A stretch of 43,563 nucleotides of DNA from Promethearchaeota archaeon. GTDB taxonomy: Archaea; Asgardarchaeota; Hermodarchaeia; Hermodarchaeales; Hermodarchaeaceae. Location: assembly GCA_048938385.1 (NCBI GenBank), contig JBHLMG010000003.1, positions 85,190 to 128,752 of the forward strand, in the 5' to 3' direction. The translations under genes and the position numbers were made by a program. Below the pieces are notes generated by a model. The model saw only the letters and a program-made list of their open reading frames with translations, was not told the DNA's origin and did no database searches. Within the stretch, counting starts at the first letter, position 1. Each line of letters starts with the position of its first letter. Shown here piece by piece: positions 1-9,056 of this stretch.

Positions 1-1
1 G

Positions 2-77
2 AAGGCTTTGGTAAGGCTTTGGTAAGGCTTTGGTAAGGCTTTGGTAAGGCTTTGGTAAGGCTTTGGTAAGGCTTTGG
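2..77. repeat. 11-bp tandem repeat (AAGGCTTTGGT) x ~7
   Basis: Six perfect units at 2-67 plus a 10/11 unit at 68-77, read directly; no spacers. Confidence 0.97.
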
Positions 78-165
78 ATTTCATACTCCAAACTTTTTTT
101 AGGTTGGGCTCTACTAGCAAAGCTGGGGATTCGGTATCAGAAAAATAGCATTTGTCCTTTTTCGT

Positions 166-486
166 ATGTCGTTAGTTTTTGGTCTCTGTATAGTTGGTGC
201 TGCTGGAATTGCCATCTTTTCGTTACCTCTCGGGCTGTTTATTCCCACTTTTGGAATGGTGTTATTTGGTGAAGGGCTTTTCCTTCTCATATTAGGTGGA
301 GCCATGGGTGCGGGGTTGTGGTACAAGGTCTATTCTGCTGCTTGGATGCGTTCCCAAAAGCAAGCTATTCGCGAAGAGATGAAAACCTATCACCAAGAGC
401 GTCGAAAGTATACGATGGAGGGCTTTTACCTTGCAGCGGTGGGGATCATCGCTATTTTTGTTGGGTTAGCATTGTCGATGTTCTAA
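166..486 (+). CDS. Small hypothetical membrane protein (~3 TM)
   Basis: 106-aa ORF with hydrophobic segments separated by a charged linker; converges on the lactate permease with an 8-bp gap. Confidence 0.7.
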   Translation: MSLVFGLCIVGAAGIAIFSLPLGLFIPTFGMVLFGEGLFLLILGGAMGAGLWYKVYSAAWMRSQKQAIREEMKTYHQERRKYTMEGFYLAAVGIIAIFVGLALSMF

Positions 487-494
487 TGGTCCTC

Positions 495-2207
495 TTAGAT
501 GAGGAAATAAGCCCAAAAGAAGGCGAGTATCGCTACGGCTACAGTGACGATAAGAGCTATTGGGACAGCATAGCGAAGCACTTGGCCTTCGATATCCTTT
601 GCATCAATCACAGCAGCGGCATTCTGGAGTTTTGCAGGCGATAAGACGCTGGCTAAGCCACCACCAATACCACTACTTGCACCTACTACCAAAGGATGGA
701 CGCCGATATTTATGGAGGTCGTTTGGTGATAAGACTGGAACATCGCGATGGTCGAAGTTTCACTTCCGCTCACAAACCCTCCTAATAACCCAAGGAAGGC
801 TGCTGTTAAAGGGTACCAGGGTCCAAAGGTAAAGGCGGTGACATTGGAAAGCACCGCAATCATGTTCCAGCTTGGAACAATGACCCATGATCCGTTACTA
901 TCGAAGATGCTTCCTGAAAAAAGCATAACATAAGCAAGGGCGAAGAATATGGCGGCTGAGATGAAGGGTCGCCAAGAACGGCGTCCCCAGGTGGTCAGTG
1001 TTTCAGCAATCTCGCCTTTGAACCTGGGTATTTGTTTTCGTCTCCAAGCAAGGTAACCTTCTATTAAAATGGCAGCGACAGTAGCGATGAGTACCCAGAA
1101 ATAAGCATTCCATAGCACTCGAGTACGAATAGTGATGACGACATCGTTTGGTAACCCTGTGAATCCACCGATACTGATGGGAAATGTGTAGGTGAGGAAC
1201 AACAGCTGGTAAATTGGTGGGACAAGGTTGATAAGGAAACAGAACACGATGAGGATGAGCCAAGGACTTAAGGCTCGATATAGGCTCATTGATCGCAGTA
1301 TGGGTTGGTCTTTTTCTGTTAGTACTGAAACATCCACCAGTCGTAGACCTCGACTCTTCGAGTATACTAGCATTACGCAAATCACTGCTAATCCAGCGAA
1401 GACATTGGTTAAGGGGGTAAACCCGATCCAGGGTAGATTGCAAATGTAACAGATGATACCGGCTGTGACCCCTGTAATCACTGCTAAGGTAAAAGCTTCC
1501 TTATTGAGGAGAAGTTTCCGCCCACCCGCCATCCATAACATGGCCAGAGAAATGCCAGTCGCGACAACTGGCATAAACAAGGAAAACACATGGCCTGACA
1601 TGTAAAGGGGATTTAACCCCGGATATTGAGATGCCCAATAAGACCCTGGCACGGCATCAGCGAAGACCAAGACAGGTATCCCGAGTAAAGCGTATGTAGT
1701 CAGAGGATCGTATCCAATAGCGGGTAACATTACTGCAACTAAGGGAGAAAATCCCATGGCTAACATGACGGGTGGGAGCATGCTCAAAGGTGTGGCGCCA
1801 AGACCGACCAGGAACAGCCCGAGTCCTACATTAATTAGCATAATTTGGATGGCTTTATTGCCGGATCCAAGTGTTTTGAAGAAAACGGTGATGCGAGCTA
1901 ATGCGCCGGTTCGTGCCATGTAAGTAATCATGAGGATGGAGGTAACGACCATGAGGGAGATGGGGAAAGAGGCAATAATGCCTGCAATGCTAGCTAAGCC
2001 CGCAAGGAGTGGGTTAGTGCCAAAACAAAGAACCGCAATCAGGAATCCCAGAATGAATGCTACAACTCCTGTCTTGTCAGCTGACCAACGCCGAAATGCC
2101 AAAAGATAAAGGGCTACTAGAATCGGCAGTAAAATTAGGAGTGTTCCAAGCCAAGGAGTGGCTGCAACCAAATCCGTGAAGACCATGATAACATTCGCCA
2201 TCCACAA
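495..2207 (-). CDS. lctP: L-lactate permease (LctP family)
   Basis: 570-aa polytopic protein with GFSPLVA, GLLGGFVSGSETSTIAMF and GGGLASVLSPAKLQNAAA motifs typical of LctP; true start may be ATG at 2201. Confidence 0.85.
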   Translation of the reverse strand: MWMANVIMVFTDLVAATPWLGTLLILLPILVALYLLAFRRWSADKTGVVAFILGFLIAVLCFGTNPLLAGLASIAGIIASFPISLMVVTSILMITYMARTGALARITVFFKTLGSGNKAIQIMLINVGLGLFLVGLGATPLSMLPPVMLAMGFSPLVAVMLPAIGYDPLTTYALLGIPVLVFADAVPGSYWASQYPGLNPLYMSGHVFSLFMPVVATGISLAMLWMAGGRKLLLNKEAFTLAVITGVTAGIICYICNLPWIGFTPLTNVFAGLAVICVMLVYSKSRGLRLVDVSVLTEKDQPILRSMSLYRALSPWLILIVFCFLINLVPPIYQLLFLTYTFPISIGGFTGLPNDVVITIRTRVLWNAYFWVLIATVAAILIEGYLAWRRKQIPRFKGEIAETLTTWGRRSWRPFISAAIFFALAYVMLFSGSIFDSNGSWVIVPSWNMIAVLSNVTAFTFGPWYPLTAAFLGLLGGFVSGSETSTIAMFQSYHQTTSINIGVHPLVVGASSGIGGGLASVLSPAKLQNAAAVIDAKDIEGQVLRYAVPIALIVTVAVAILAFFWAYFLI

Positions 2208-2338
2208 GATATGAGTGGTCTTCGTAGACCTTTCTCCCTAAATATCTACTAGTTTGCTTTTTGTTGAAGAAATAGACGCATACTAAAGCCCATGCTTATA
2301 TAAGAAGTGTAATGCAAAAGAAGCGTTAGGTAATAACA

Positions 2339-2890
2339 ATGACTGAAGAGGTTCCATTGTGGTTAAGAGTTTTTGATGTATTAGTTGGTATCATATTAGC
2401 TGCTCTGGGCATATGGGTTATTTTGGGCATCGTTAATCCGATGATGCTCGTTGGTATTGCTATAATGCGAATTCTAGGAGTTATTCTCATAATCTGGGGG
2501 GTATGGAGATTCATCAAAGCATTCCTTGCTAAAGAGATGGTAACGACATCTCGAACATTACTATTAATTGCGGCAATGTTGCTAGTGATCTTTGGTGGGC
2601 TAGCGTTCGCTCATCCACTGCTTTTAGAGAGTTTGATTGCTTTTCTCTTTGCCGTCGGCTTGATCGTCTTTGGTGTCATTACTTTCATCGTTGCCTTCGT
2701 AGAGAAAGATGAAAAAGATTGGGTTCGAGGACTAAGAATGGGTCTTGGATTCTTCCTCCTGATCCTGGGAATCATCTTTGTCTTTTACTTACAAACCGCC
2801 GCCCAAATTCTCTATGTCTTTCTAGCAATTGCGCTAATCATCATAGGGTTCGTTCGTTTGGTATTCGGCTTGAGTGGTGACTATTACTAG
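2339..2890 (+). CDS. DUF308/HdeD-like repeat membrane protein
   Basis: 183 aa, six TM helices in three hairpin repeats (G-x-x-L-I-x-x-G pattern). Confidence 0.7.
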   Translation: MTEEVPLWLRVFDVLVGIILAALGIWVILGIVNPMMLVGIAIMRILGVILIIWGVWRFIKAFLAKEMVTTSRTLLLIAAMLLVIFGGLAFAHPLLLESLIAFLFAVGLIVFGVITFIVAFVEKDEKDWVRGLRMGLGFFLLILGIIFVFYLQTAAQILYVFLAIALIIIGFVRLVFGLSGDYY

Positions 2891-3071
2891 CTATAGAATC
2901 TGGACTCTTCTCCAAACTGAACTAGTAGCTCTTTTTAGGAGGCACTTTTCAGCTCCTTTTTGAACAAGACCGCCTTTGAGAGACCCTGTTTCTTTCCTTT
3001 CCATAAAGAACAAAAGGAGATGGTACCCCATTTCCTTCAAATTCTTCGATTTGAATGGAGTTTAGGCTACC

Positions 3072-4382
3072 ATGCCCGAAAAGTTCGATGTAATTGTTGT
3101 TGGTGCAGGAATCCTCGGAGTGGCTAGCGCCTATTACCTACAAAAGAACAATCCTGATAAAACCATTCTCTTAGTTGATAGTCAACCAGATGCGGGGCAA
3201 GCGAACACCGCGATGAGTGCTGCTGCTATCCGCAATATGTTTGCATCATCAACGAATCAACTACTCACGGATACTAGTATCGATTTCTTCCGTCACATCC
3301 AGGACGAGTTGAAGTTTGACCTCACCTTGCATTTCTGTGGATATCTCTGGCTGCTGAGTGAACAGCAATTTCGTGAACCTACAGTCCAGATTTGGATGCA
3401 ACGCATGGAAGCAAATGACATTGCCTTTCGCGTCATTGAACAACCTGAACTTGAGAAATTCCTCCCCGGATTAGTCACAGATTTTTCTGCTGATGAAGAA
3501 GCTGAGCTCATGCACCTCAAAAGTGTAGACTACGCGTTATTTGGTGCAGAATGTGGGGTTCTGGATCCTAGTCTTCTCGTCCAGTTCTACAAGGAGGAAT
3601 TCCTCAAACTTGCCAAGGTCAAACCCCGTTTTAACCTCCTTGTAGATCAACTTCTACTTGAGGCACAACCTTCTCTTGGGCTACCGGGTGAACCCCTTGT
3701 CTGGCAGGATAAACAAATCACTGGTATTAAGACACAACAAGGTGAAATTCATGCTAACAAAGTCGTTTTAGCTGTCGGTCCTTGGACTAATGCTCTCTTA
3801 GACCCAGTGGGCATTCCAAGTTATGTGAAAACCAAGAAACGCCAACTCTTTATGGTCGCCGCAAGTGATCACCCCTCCCTTGAAAATCTGCTCTTCTCAA
3901 AGGGATTTAGTGACACTGGTTTTATTCCATTCACAATTCTCCCTTCAGGGGGTGTTTACATCCGTGGGGTTCCAGAGGAGAAATCATTTTGGATTGGATG
4001 TGCAGATAGGGTTGGTCGGATGTACAAGTATTCCATGGAAGAGGAAGATTACAACGCTGAACGCGCCTATTACGAGCAAGGAATCTATCCAGTCTTAAGC
4101 AAATATTTTCCCGCTTTCAGTAATGCTCGACCAGGTAACATGTGGGCAGGAGCCTATTGCTACTCCGCTGATGCAATTCCTCTCGTATATGAGCATTCTG
4201 GGATTATCGTTGTTACTGGAGCAAGTGGAAGCGGAATAATGAAGGCCGATGCGCTAGGTCGACTCGCGGATGCTCTATATCGCGGAGAGCCAGAAACGGA
4301 GTTATTTGGCGGTCGAAAAATGTCGACAACCTCCCTCGGACTTGTCAACCGCGATGTTGAAGTTGAGAATGTCCTGATATGA
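3072..4382 (+). CDS. FAD-dependent oxidoreductase, DAO family (sarcosine oxidase beta / proline dehydrogenase beta-like)
   Basis: N-terminal DVIVVGAGILG FAD motif, VVLAVGPW, WAGAY, GASGSGIMKADALG C-terminal motif. Confidence 0.88.
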   Translation: MPEKFDVIVVGAGILGVASAYYLQKNNPDKTILLVDSQPDAGQANTAMSAAAIRNMFASSTNQLLTDTSIDFFRHIQDELKFDLTLHFCGYLWLLSEQQFREPTVQIWMQRMEANDIAFRVIEQPELEKFLPGLVTDFSADEEAELMHLKSVDYALFGAECGVLDPSLLVQFYKEEFLKLAKVKPRFNLLVDQLLLEAQPSLGLPGEPLVWQDKQITGIKTQQGEIHANKVVLAVGPWTNALLDPVGIPSYVKTKKRQLFMVAASDHPSLENLLFSKGFSDTGFIPFTILPSGGVYIRGVPEEKSFWIGCADRVGRMYKYSMEEEDYNAERAYYEQGIYPVLSKYFPAFSNARPGNMWAGAYCYSADAIPLVYEHSGIIVVTGASGSGIMKADALGRLADALYRGEPETELFGGRKMSTTSLGLVNRDVEVENVLI

Positions 4383-4561
4383 TCCATCTCAGAGGAATTG
4401 CGTTCAGATTCAAAGTGTATTAGCGCACAGAGATTGGATCTATTTTGTCCTGTTAAATGTAACAGAGGGAAACCTTAAAGCATCGAGCAGGTGTGCGTTA
4501 CCGTAAGCTTTTTAGGACTCGCCTAGGGTACGACCTCCTAACTCTTGAAGGGTGACAGACT

Positions 4562-6487
4562 GTGCGCCGCCAACTCCTCGGATTCTCACTGATTATCGTC
4601 TTAGCTGCTTTACCACTACTGCCTTCTCTCATGGGTATGAATCCCGTGACACCTGCAGTAGTTATTGCTCTTCCCCCCATTCCAGGACCCAACGACCTCA
4701 ACGCGACGACGCCAGAAATTATCTACGAAGAATACACACCTGCGAATCCTAGTGGCAATTCGTCGCTCATTAGTATTATAGTGTCCTCAGTAACTGCGTC
4801 AGATATCGGGGAATGTCGTACAGGTGACTTGCTTAACCATACATTCCACATACAGTTTGCGGCCAACACCACGGAAGTTTGGCAAGATGACCTTCAATAC
4901 GTCTCAGGTGTCGGTTGGGCAGCCCTCAACTATAGTCTGCTCCCGGTTTTTCTCGGTGGTGAAAAAAACTACACAGCGTATCGAATAAATTGCTTCTTTG
5001 CACGCGATAGTGGAATCGAAATATGGAATACGACAACCGATTATTCAGCGAGCTTTTTCTACTCTCATCGACTTACTATTGGAAAACCAGATTTCACCTA
5101 TATCGCTGACACTTCCGATACCATTGATATCGTTATAGGACATATCTCGAGCACCATCTGGGGACAACTCACCCAAGCAAACCACACCCTCGCCATTGTT
5201 CAAAAATCGAATACTTCGAATGTGTTACAATTCACAAACTTGTTAGTGTACAATGCCTCCTCGACCGATTGGGAATATAATGAACTTAACATATCTGCGT
5301 TGATACCCGGTGAAATCTATACAATCCGGGTAAGTGGAAACTATTCTCTGAGATACCCTTTCCATTCTGGTACGAGTAGCATATCCGATGAGTTCACATT
5401 CAGAGGTCCTTTCCTCCGTGTGAGCAATCCTATAATTCTCTATATTGGGAGAGATATACAAACGCTGAACATTACTGTACTTACAGTATGGCATTCTGTC
5501 TTTGGCTACCTTACGGATGCAGATATTAGCATCGCCAACTTCAGTATCTATCTGGCCTCAGGTGGAGTAGCTCTCGTAACCAATATCCTCACCTACAATA
5601 GCACAGGAGGAAACTGGTATCTCGCAGATTTCAATGTAAGTGAGTACATCGAACAGGGATCCCTCCTCATCGGAGAATATTACAATGTGTCGACCTTCTT
5701 CCATGCACCTAGTCAAAGTGGCCGAGTTGCTGTTAATGCAACAAGTCCCTTCTCTGAACCGTTTCTTATCGACCGTGATCCACCTAAGGTAGAAACAGCC
5801 TTTACTACACCGAGTTCTCCCGATGATGACGATTTCGTTATCATCACTGGGACAGTATCCGATGATGCACTTGTGCATACTGTGATTTGCAGTTATTATA
5901 ACGGGACCCAATGGATCAATGTCACCATGCGCGGTCATCGCGCAAAACTTGCTGACTTTACCACTACCCTTCCAGCTTTTCCTGAACGATCCATCATTCA
6001 GTACCGCATCTTTGTCAATGACACTCAAAGTGCGTGGACTAATTCATCACTCTTCTCCTATACTGTGGTTGATACGCCTCCAATCATCGCGTATGTATCC
6101 TATCTTCCCAATACTCCTAGGGATACTGACCAAGTAGTTGTAAATGCCACTATCACAGATGGCACTGGCGTGAACCGTGTCCAACTTTCCTACTCCTTCG
6201 ATGGTATTACTTGGATAACCATCGATATGCAACTTATCAGCGATTCTGTGTACCAAGCGACAATTCCTGCACATGGGTTATTGCCGAGTTATCAATTCGA
6301 TTCCGTTCTGTTCCGGGTTGAAGCCTTCGATGTCTACGATAATATGCGGCAATCCGCTGACTATGCCTACATCGTTCGAGGAACCATGCTCTCCATTGAT
6401 CCAATTACAGGTCTCCTTCTCTTGAGCGCTTTTGCACTTGCAGTGGTTGTTATCATCGTCTTGCTTAAAATCTATGAGCAGTTCTAA
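4562..6487 (+). CDS. Secreted, C-terminally anchored surface glycoprotein with Ig-like repeats
   Basis: Signal-peptide-like N terminus, many N-x-S/T sequons, two DxxPP...P..P.D.D repeats, C-terminal TM helix. Confidence 0.8.
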   Translation: MRRQLLGFSLIIVLAALPLLPSLMGMNPVTPAVVIALPPIPGPNDLNATTPEIIYEEYTPANPSGNSSLISIIVSSVTASDIGECRTGDLLNHTFHIQFAANTTEVWQDDLQYVSGVGWAALNYSLLPVFLGGEKNYTAYRINCFFARDSGIEIWNTTTDYSASFFYSHRLTIGKPDFTYIADTSDTIDIVIGHISSTIWGQLTQANHTLAIVQKSNTSNVLQFTNLLVYNASSTDWEYNELNISALIPGEIYTIRVSGNYSLRYPFHSGTSSISDEFTFRGPFLRVSNPIILYIGRDIQTLNITVLTVWHSVFGYLTDADISIANFSIYLASGGVALVTNILTYNSTGGNWYLADFNVSEYIEQGSLLIGEYYNVSTFFHAPSQSGRVAVNATSPFSEPFLIDRDPPKVETAFTTPSSPDDDDFVIITGTVSDDALVHTVICSYYNGTQWINVTMRGHRAKLADFTTTLPAFPERSIIQYRIFVNDTQSAWTNSSLFSYTVVDTPPIIAYVSYLPNTPRDTDQVVVNATITDGTGVNRVQLSYSFDGITWITIDMQLISDSVYQATIPAHGLLPSYQFDSVLFRVEAFDVYDNMRQSADYAYIVRGTMLSIDPITGLLLLSAFALAVVVIIVLLKIYEQF

Positions 6488-6700
6488 TCGTGCTAACATT
6501 GAATCGACGATTAGCACGCCCTACCCATTTTTTGCTCCTGTTGTAGTGGATTTACCATACCGCAAAAACCGCTACAAGACGAATCAAAGGCACAAAACCT
6601 TTTTAATAATCCATCGCGGTGTTTTTTTAAAGGCAGAGATGGTGTGAAAGCAGGGGAAAGAACACCTTGTAGACCGCCTTTCTGCGTAAGGTGAACGCCT

Positions 6701-7009
6701 GTGATCGTACTCGAATATCAAGATGGGACATTCATTGAATCAAAGCAAGGCGCAGGGGGTATCCGCTGCGAAGTTGACAAAACGAGCAAAAAGATCAATG
6801 TCATCATGCCGCAGGGGACCAACCTGATTGAACGCCGTACCGCTTTACGCCTGGCCGACACCATTGCGCGGAGTGGATATCTCCTTTCCACAGGTGAACG
6901 CGTTGGTCAAGGTTACCAACTTGTCATCGATGAAAAGGGTAGTGCGATTCCAGAAAGACTGAAAGTTAGTCCAAGGATCAGTTATAGTACAACTACGAAA
7001 CCTGAATAG
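6701..7009 (+). CDS. Hypothetical protein, possible single gelsolin-like domain
   Basis: GTG start with SD AGGTGA at 6689-6694; VDKTSKKINVIMPQGTNLIERRTALRLADTI resembles the gelsolin strand-strand-helix pattern. ORF is solid; fold call is inference. Confidence 0.55.
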   Translation: MIVLEYQDGTFIESKQGAGGIRCEVDKTSKKINVIMPQGTNLIERRTALRLADTIARSGYLLSTGERVGQGYQLVIDEKGSAIPERLKVSPRISYSTTTKPE

Positions 7010-7109
7010 TAAGTAAACGAATGAATAGGAATAGCTTGTCCCTCTGCGAGATGGTTGAACATCAACTATGGAAAAAATGGTACAAACTAGAAGAATCGAG
7101 GTGAAAGGT

Positions 7110-7271
7110 GTGAGTGAAGACAATTTCAGCGAAGAATTGAAGCGGGAAATTAGAGAAGGAGCTAAGCTCCAAAGCGCACCTAAATCAAAGAAAGAAGAAA
7201 TAGACCTTTCTGCTGAGAAAGCGCTGCTTGAGAAACTGAGGGCTGAAGGCAAACTCGAAGAGGAGGATTAG
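7110..7271 (+). CDS. Small charged peptide with WH2/beta-thymosin-like motif
   Basis: ORF track starts at 7068, but GAGGTGA SD at 7098-7104 favours GTG at 7110 (53 aa); ELKREIREGAKLQSA fits the WH2 pattern LxxxIxxGxxL. Confidence 0.55.
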   Translation: MSEDNFSEELKREIREGAKLQSAPKSKKEEIDLSAEKALLEKLRAEGKLEEED

Positions 7272-7338
7272 GATTCAACTCTCTCCGGCAGCCCTTTTCT
7301 TTCATTAAGTATCTTCTTCCAGCCTACTTAATTCGAGA

Positions 7339-8214
7339 TCATACATTTGGTATTATGGGTATTTTTTGATATTTTTTGATGCGTGATTTGATTTCTTCAC
7401 GAAGGGTTTGATAGACTGGTCCTGTGCGGAGTACCCATTCTGAGAAATGTTTTGCCATGGCTTCGGGGCTCCATCGATCCTTTTGTTCTTCCTTCTTCCA
7501 TGTTATTGTAGAAATGCCTTCATGGTATTGAAGGGTGCCTTGGGCTAGACACAGTTGGCACTCTACCATGTTTTCTTGACGCAACTGGAAAAAGGGTGTC
7601 CCACATTGAGGGCATGCATTTGAAGGAATTGGTAAGGGGCGCACAGCATTGGGGTTATCAACAAACTCCAATAACTTGTCACCAATTAATTGCACTCGTG
7701 CCATCGTGTCTTTATCTAATAGGACCTCGCCAGGGCCAGGGCGGTAGGCAGTAAAGCGATCTACTAGGTCAAGCTGGAGTATCCCTGCGAGCATAGAGAG
7801 CATGGGGAGGGTGAATGGATCCCAATCACGCAATCCGGCTGTTGCGATGATCGCTCCAGGGCGTCGTTTCTTCCTCCCGAGTTGGAGACTGTATTCGAAT
7901 AATCGGTCAATAAGAAGTTTGATGCTCCCTGCTGGGCCAAGGAAGTAGGTAGGAGCGGAGAGAATGATGGCGTCAGCCCATTCCAAGTGCTCCCATAAGG
8001 TGTGCATATCGTCAGGTAATCGGCAGAGCTCCCCTTTCATCACACACGCTAGACATCCCTTACACGGTTGTAACTGGAAATCAGGTAGTCTAAGAGCACG
8101 CACCTCTGCTCCCTTCTCTTGCACTTGAAATAAGGCTTCCTTAACTAAGACTTCACAATTTCCCAGCTTACGAGCGGAACCAATGACGCCAAGCACCTTC
8201 AATAGGGTCACCAC
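7339..8214 (-). CDS. Flavodoxin-fold iron-sulfur flavoprotein (FMN_red family) with C-terminal Zn ribbon
   Basis: GSARKLGNC, CKGCLAC-x5-C-xx-DDM, ADAIILSAPTY; C-terminal CPQC...CQLC. Confidence 0.85.
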   Translation of the reverse strand: MVTLLKVLGVIGSARKLGNCEVLVKEALFQVQEKGAEVRALRLPDFQLQPCKGCLACVMKGELCRLPDDMHTLWEHLEWADAIILSAPTYFLGPAGSIKLLIDRLFEYSLQLGRKKRRPGAIIATAGLRDWDPFTLPMLSMLAGILQLDLVDRFTAYRPGPGEVLLDKDTMARVQLIGDKLLEFVDNPNAVRPLPIPSNACPQCGTPFFQLRQENMVECQLCLAQGTLQYHEGISTITWKKEEQKDRWSPEAMAKHFSEWVLRTGPVYQTLREEIKSRIKKYQKIPIIPNV

Positions 8215-8261
8215 CTCGATAAAGGCACTCTTCCCTTAAGAGGTTGCAGTTCCGATGAAAA

Positions 8262-8549
8262 CTAGTAGCTAATTTCGAAGCGGTGAAGATTTGGATTCAC
8301 AGGAATTTCTATAATTGTGACATCATCAACTTGTGATGAGGGCGACCCTTGGTGTAGAAATTGGATGAACTCATCTATGGATATTTCAATTCCTTGCACC
8401 TGGCATTCAACTGTTCCATCCGGATTATTCCTCACCCATCCTGCTAGATTGAGTTCATTGGCTTTATCACGCGTATAGGCTCGGAAGAAGACACCCTGGA
8501 CGTGTCCCTGAACGAGTGCTCGAATTGCACGCAACAGAATGGACCTCAA
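8262..8549 (-). CDS. acyP: Acylphosphatase
   Basis: GHVQGVFFR and GWVRNNPDGTVE signatures. Confidence 0.95.
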   Translation of the reverse strand: MRSILLRAIRALVQGHVQGVFFRAYTRDKANELNLAGWVRNNPDGTVECQVQGIEISIDEFIQFLHQGSPSSQVDDVTIIEIPVNPNLHRFEISY

Positions 8550-8704
8550 TCTACTGAAAGATACATACCTCCTTAGAAGAGTACCGGAAATAGGGGAAGG
8601 TTCACAGAATAAAAAACAAAAGAGGGATTATCAACTTCTAACCTTTACATCCTAGGCTCAATATTCTTGTGAGGTTTAGTCAAGACCTTGTTCGCAATCC
8701 TTAA

Positions 8705-9040
8705 ATGACATCACTTGTACCTCCGCAACTCGAGGACTCGTTTATGCCCCAGCCAGACACTGAAGAAGGTCAGACTCCTGCTACATTCAAAAATTATCCA
8801 GGGAAAGTGGGGCGCCGTGACTTATCTATTTGGACAAAGGTTTGCCCCGGATGCTTTAGTCCTAATATCGAACCTTTAACCAATATCTCAGGTTTCATCG
8901 TACACGAACAATGGATTTGTAAAAAGTGTGACTATTCTGGAGTTTCAATTGAAGTTAAAACAGAAGACCTTATTCAGTTTCGATTACAGCAACAACGACA
9001 GCAATTTAACCGAAATAAGAAAACATTTTCTACAAAATAG
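8705..9040 (+). CDS. Small Zn-ribbon protein
   Basis: CPGC...WICKKCDYSG; 111 aa. Confidence 0.7.
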   Translation: MTSLVPPQLEDSFMPQPDTEEGQTPATFKNYPGKVGRRDLSIWTKVCPGCFSPNIEPLTNISGFIVHEQWICKKCDYSGVSIEVKTEDLIQFRLQQQRQQFNRNKKTFSTK

Positions 9041-9056
9041 CACTATACTCAATTTT

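Noticed and set aside
2-77. CRISPR array or telomere
   Set aside because: Units are 11 bp with no spacers; the G-rich strand runs inward from the left end, opposite to telomere polarity, and the host is an archaeon.
6845-7252. 135-aa minus-strand ORF
   Set aside because: Ser/Phe-rich antisense shadow of the two SD-preceded plus-strand genes.
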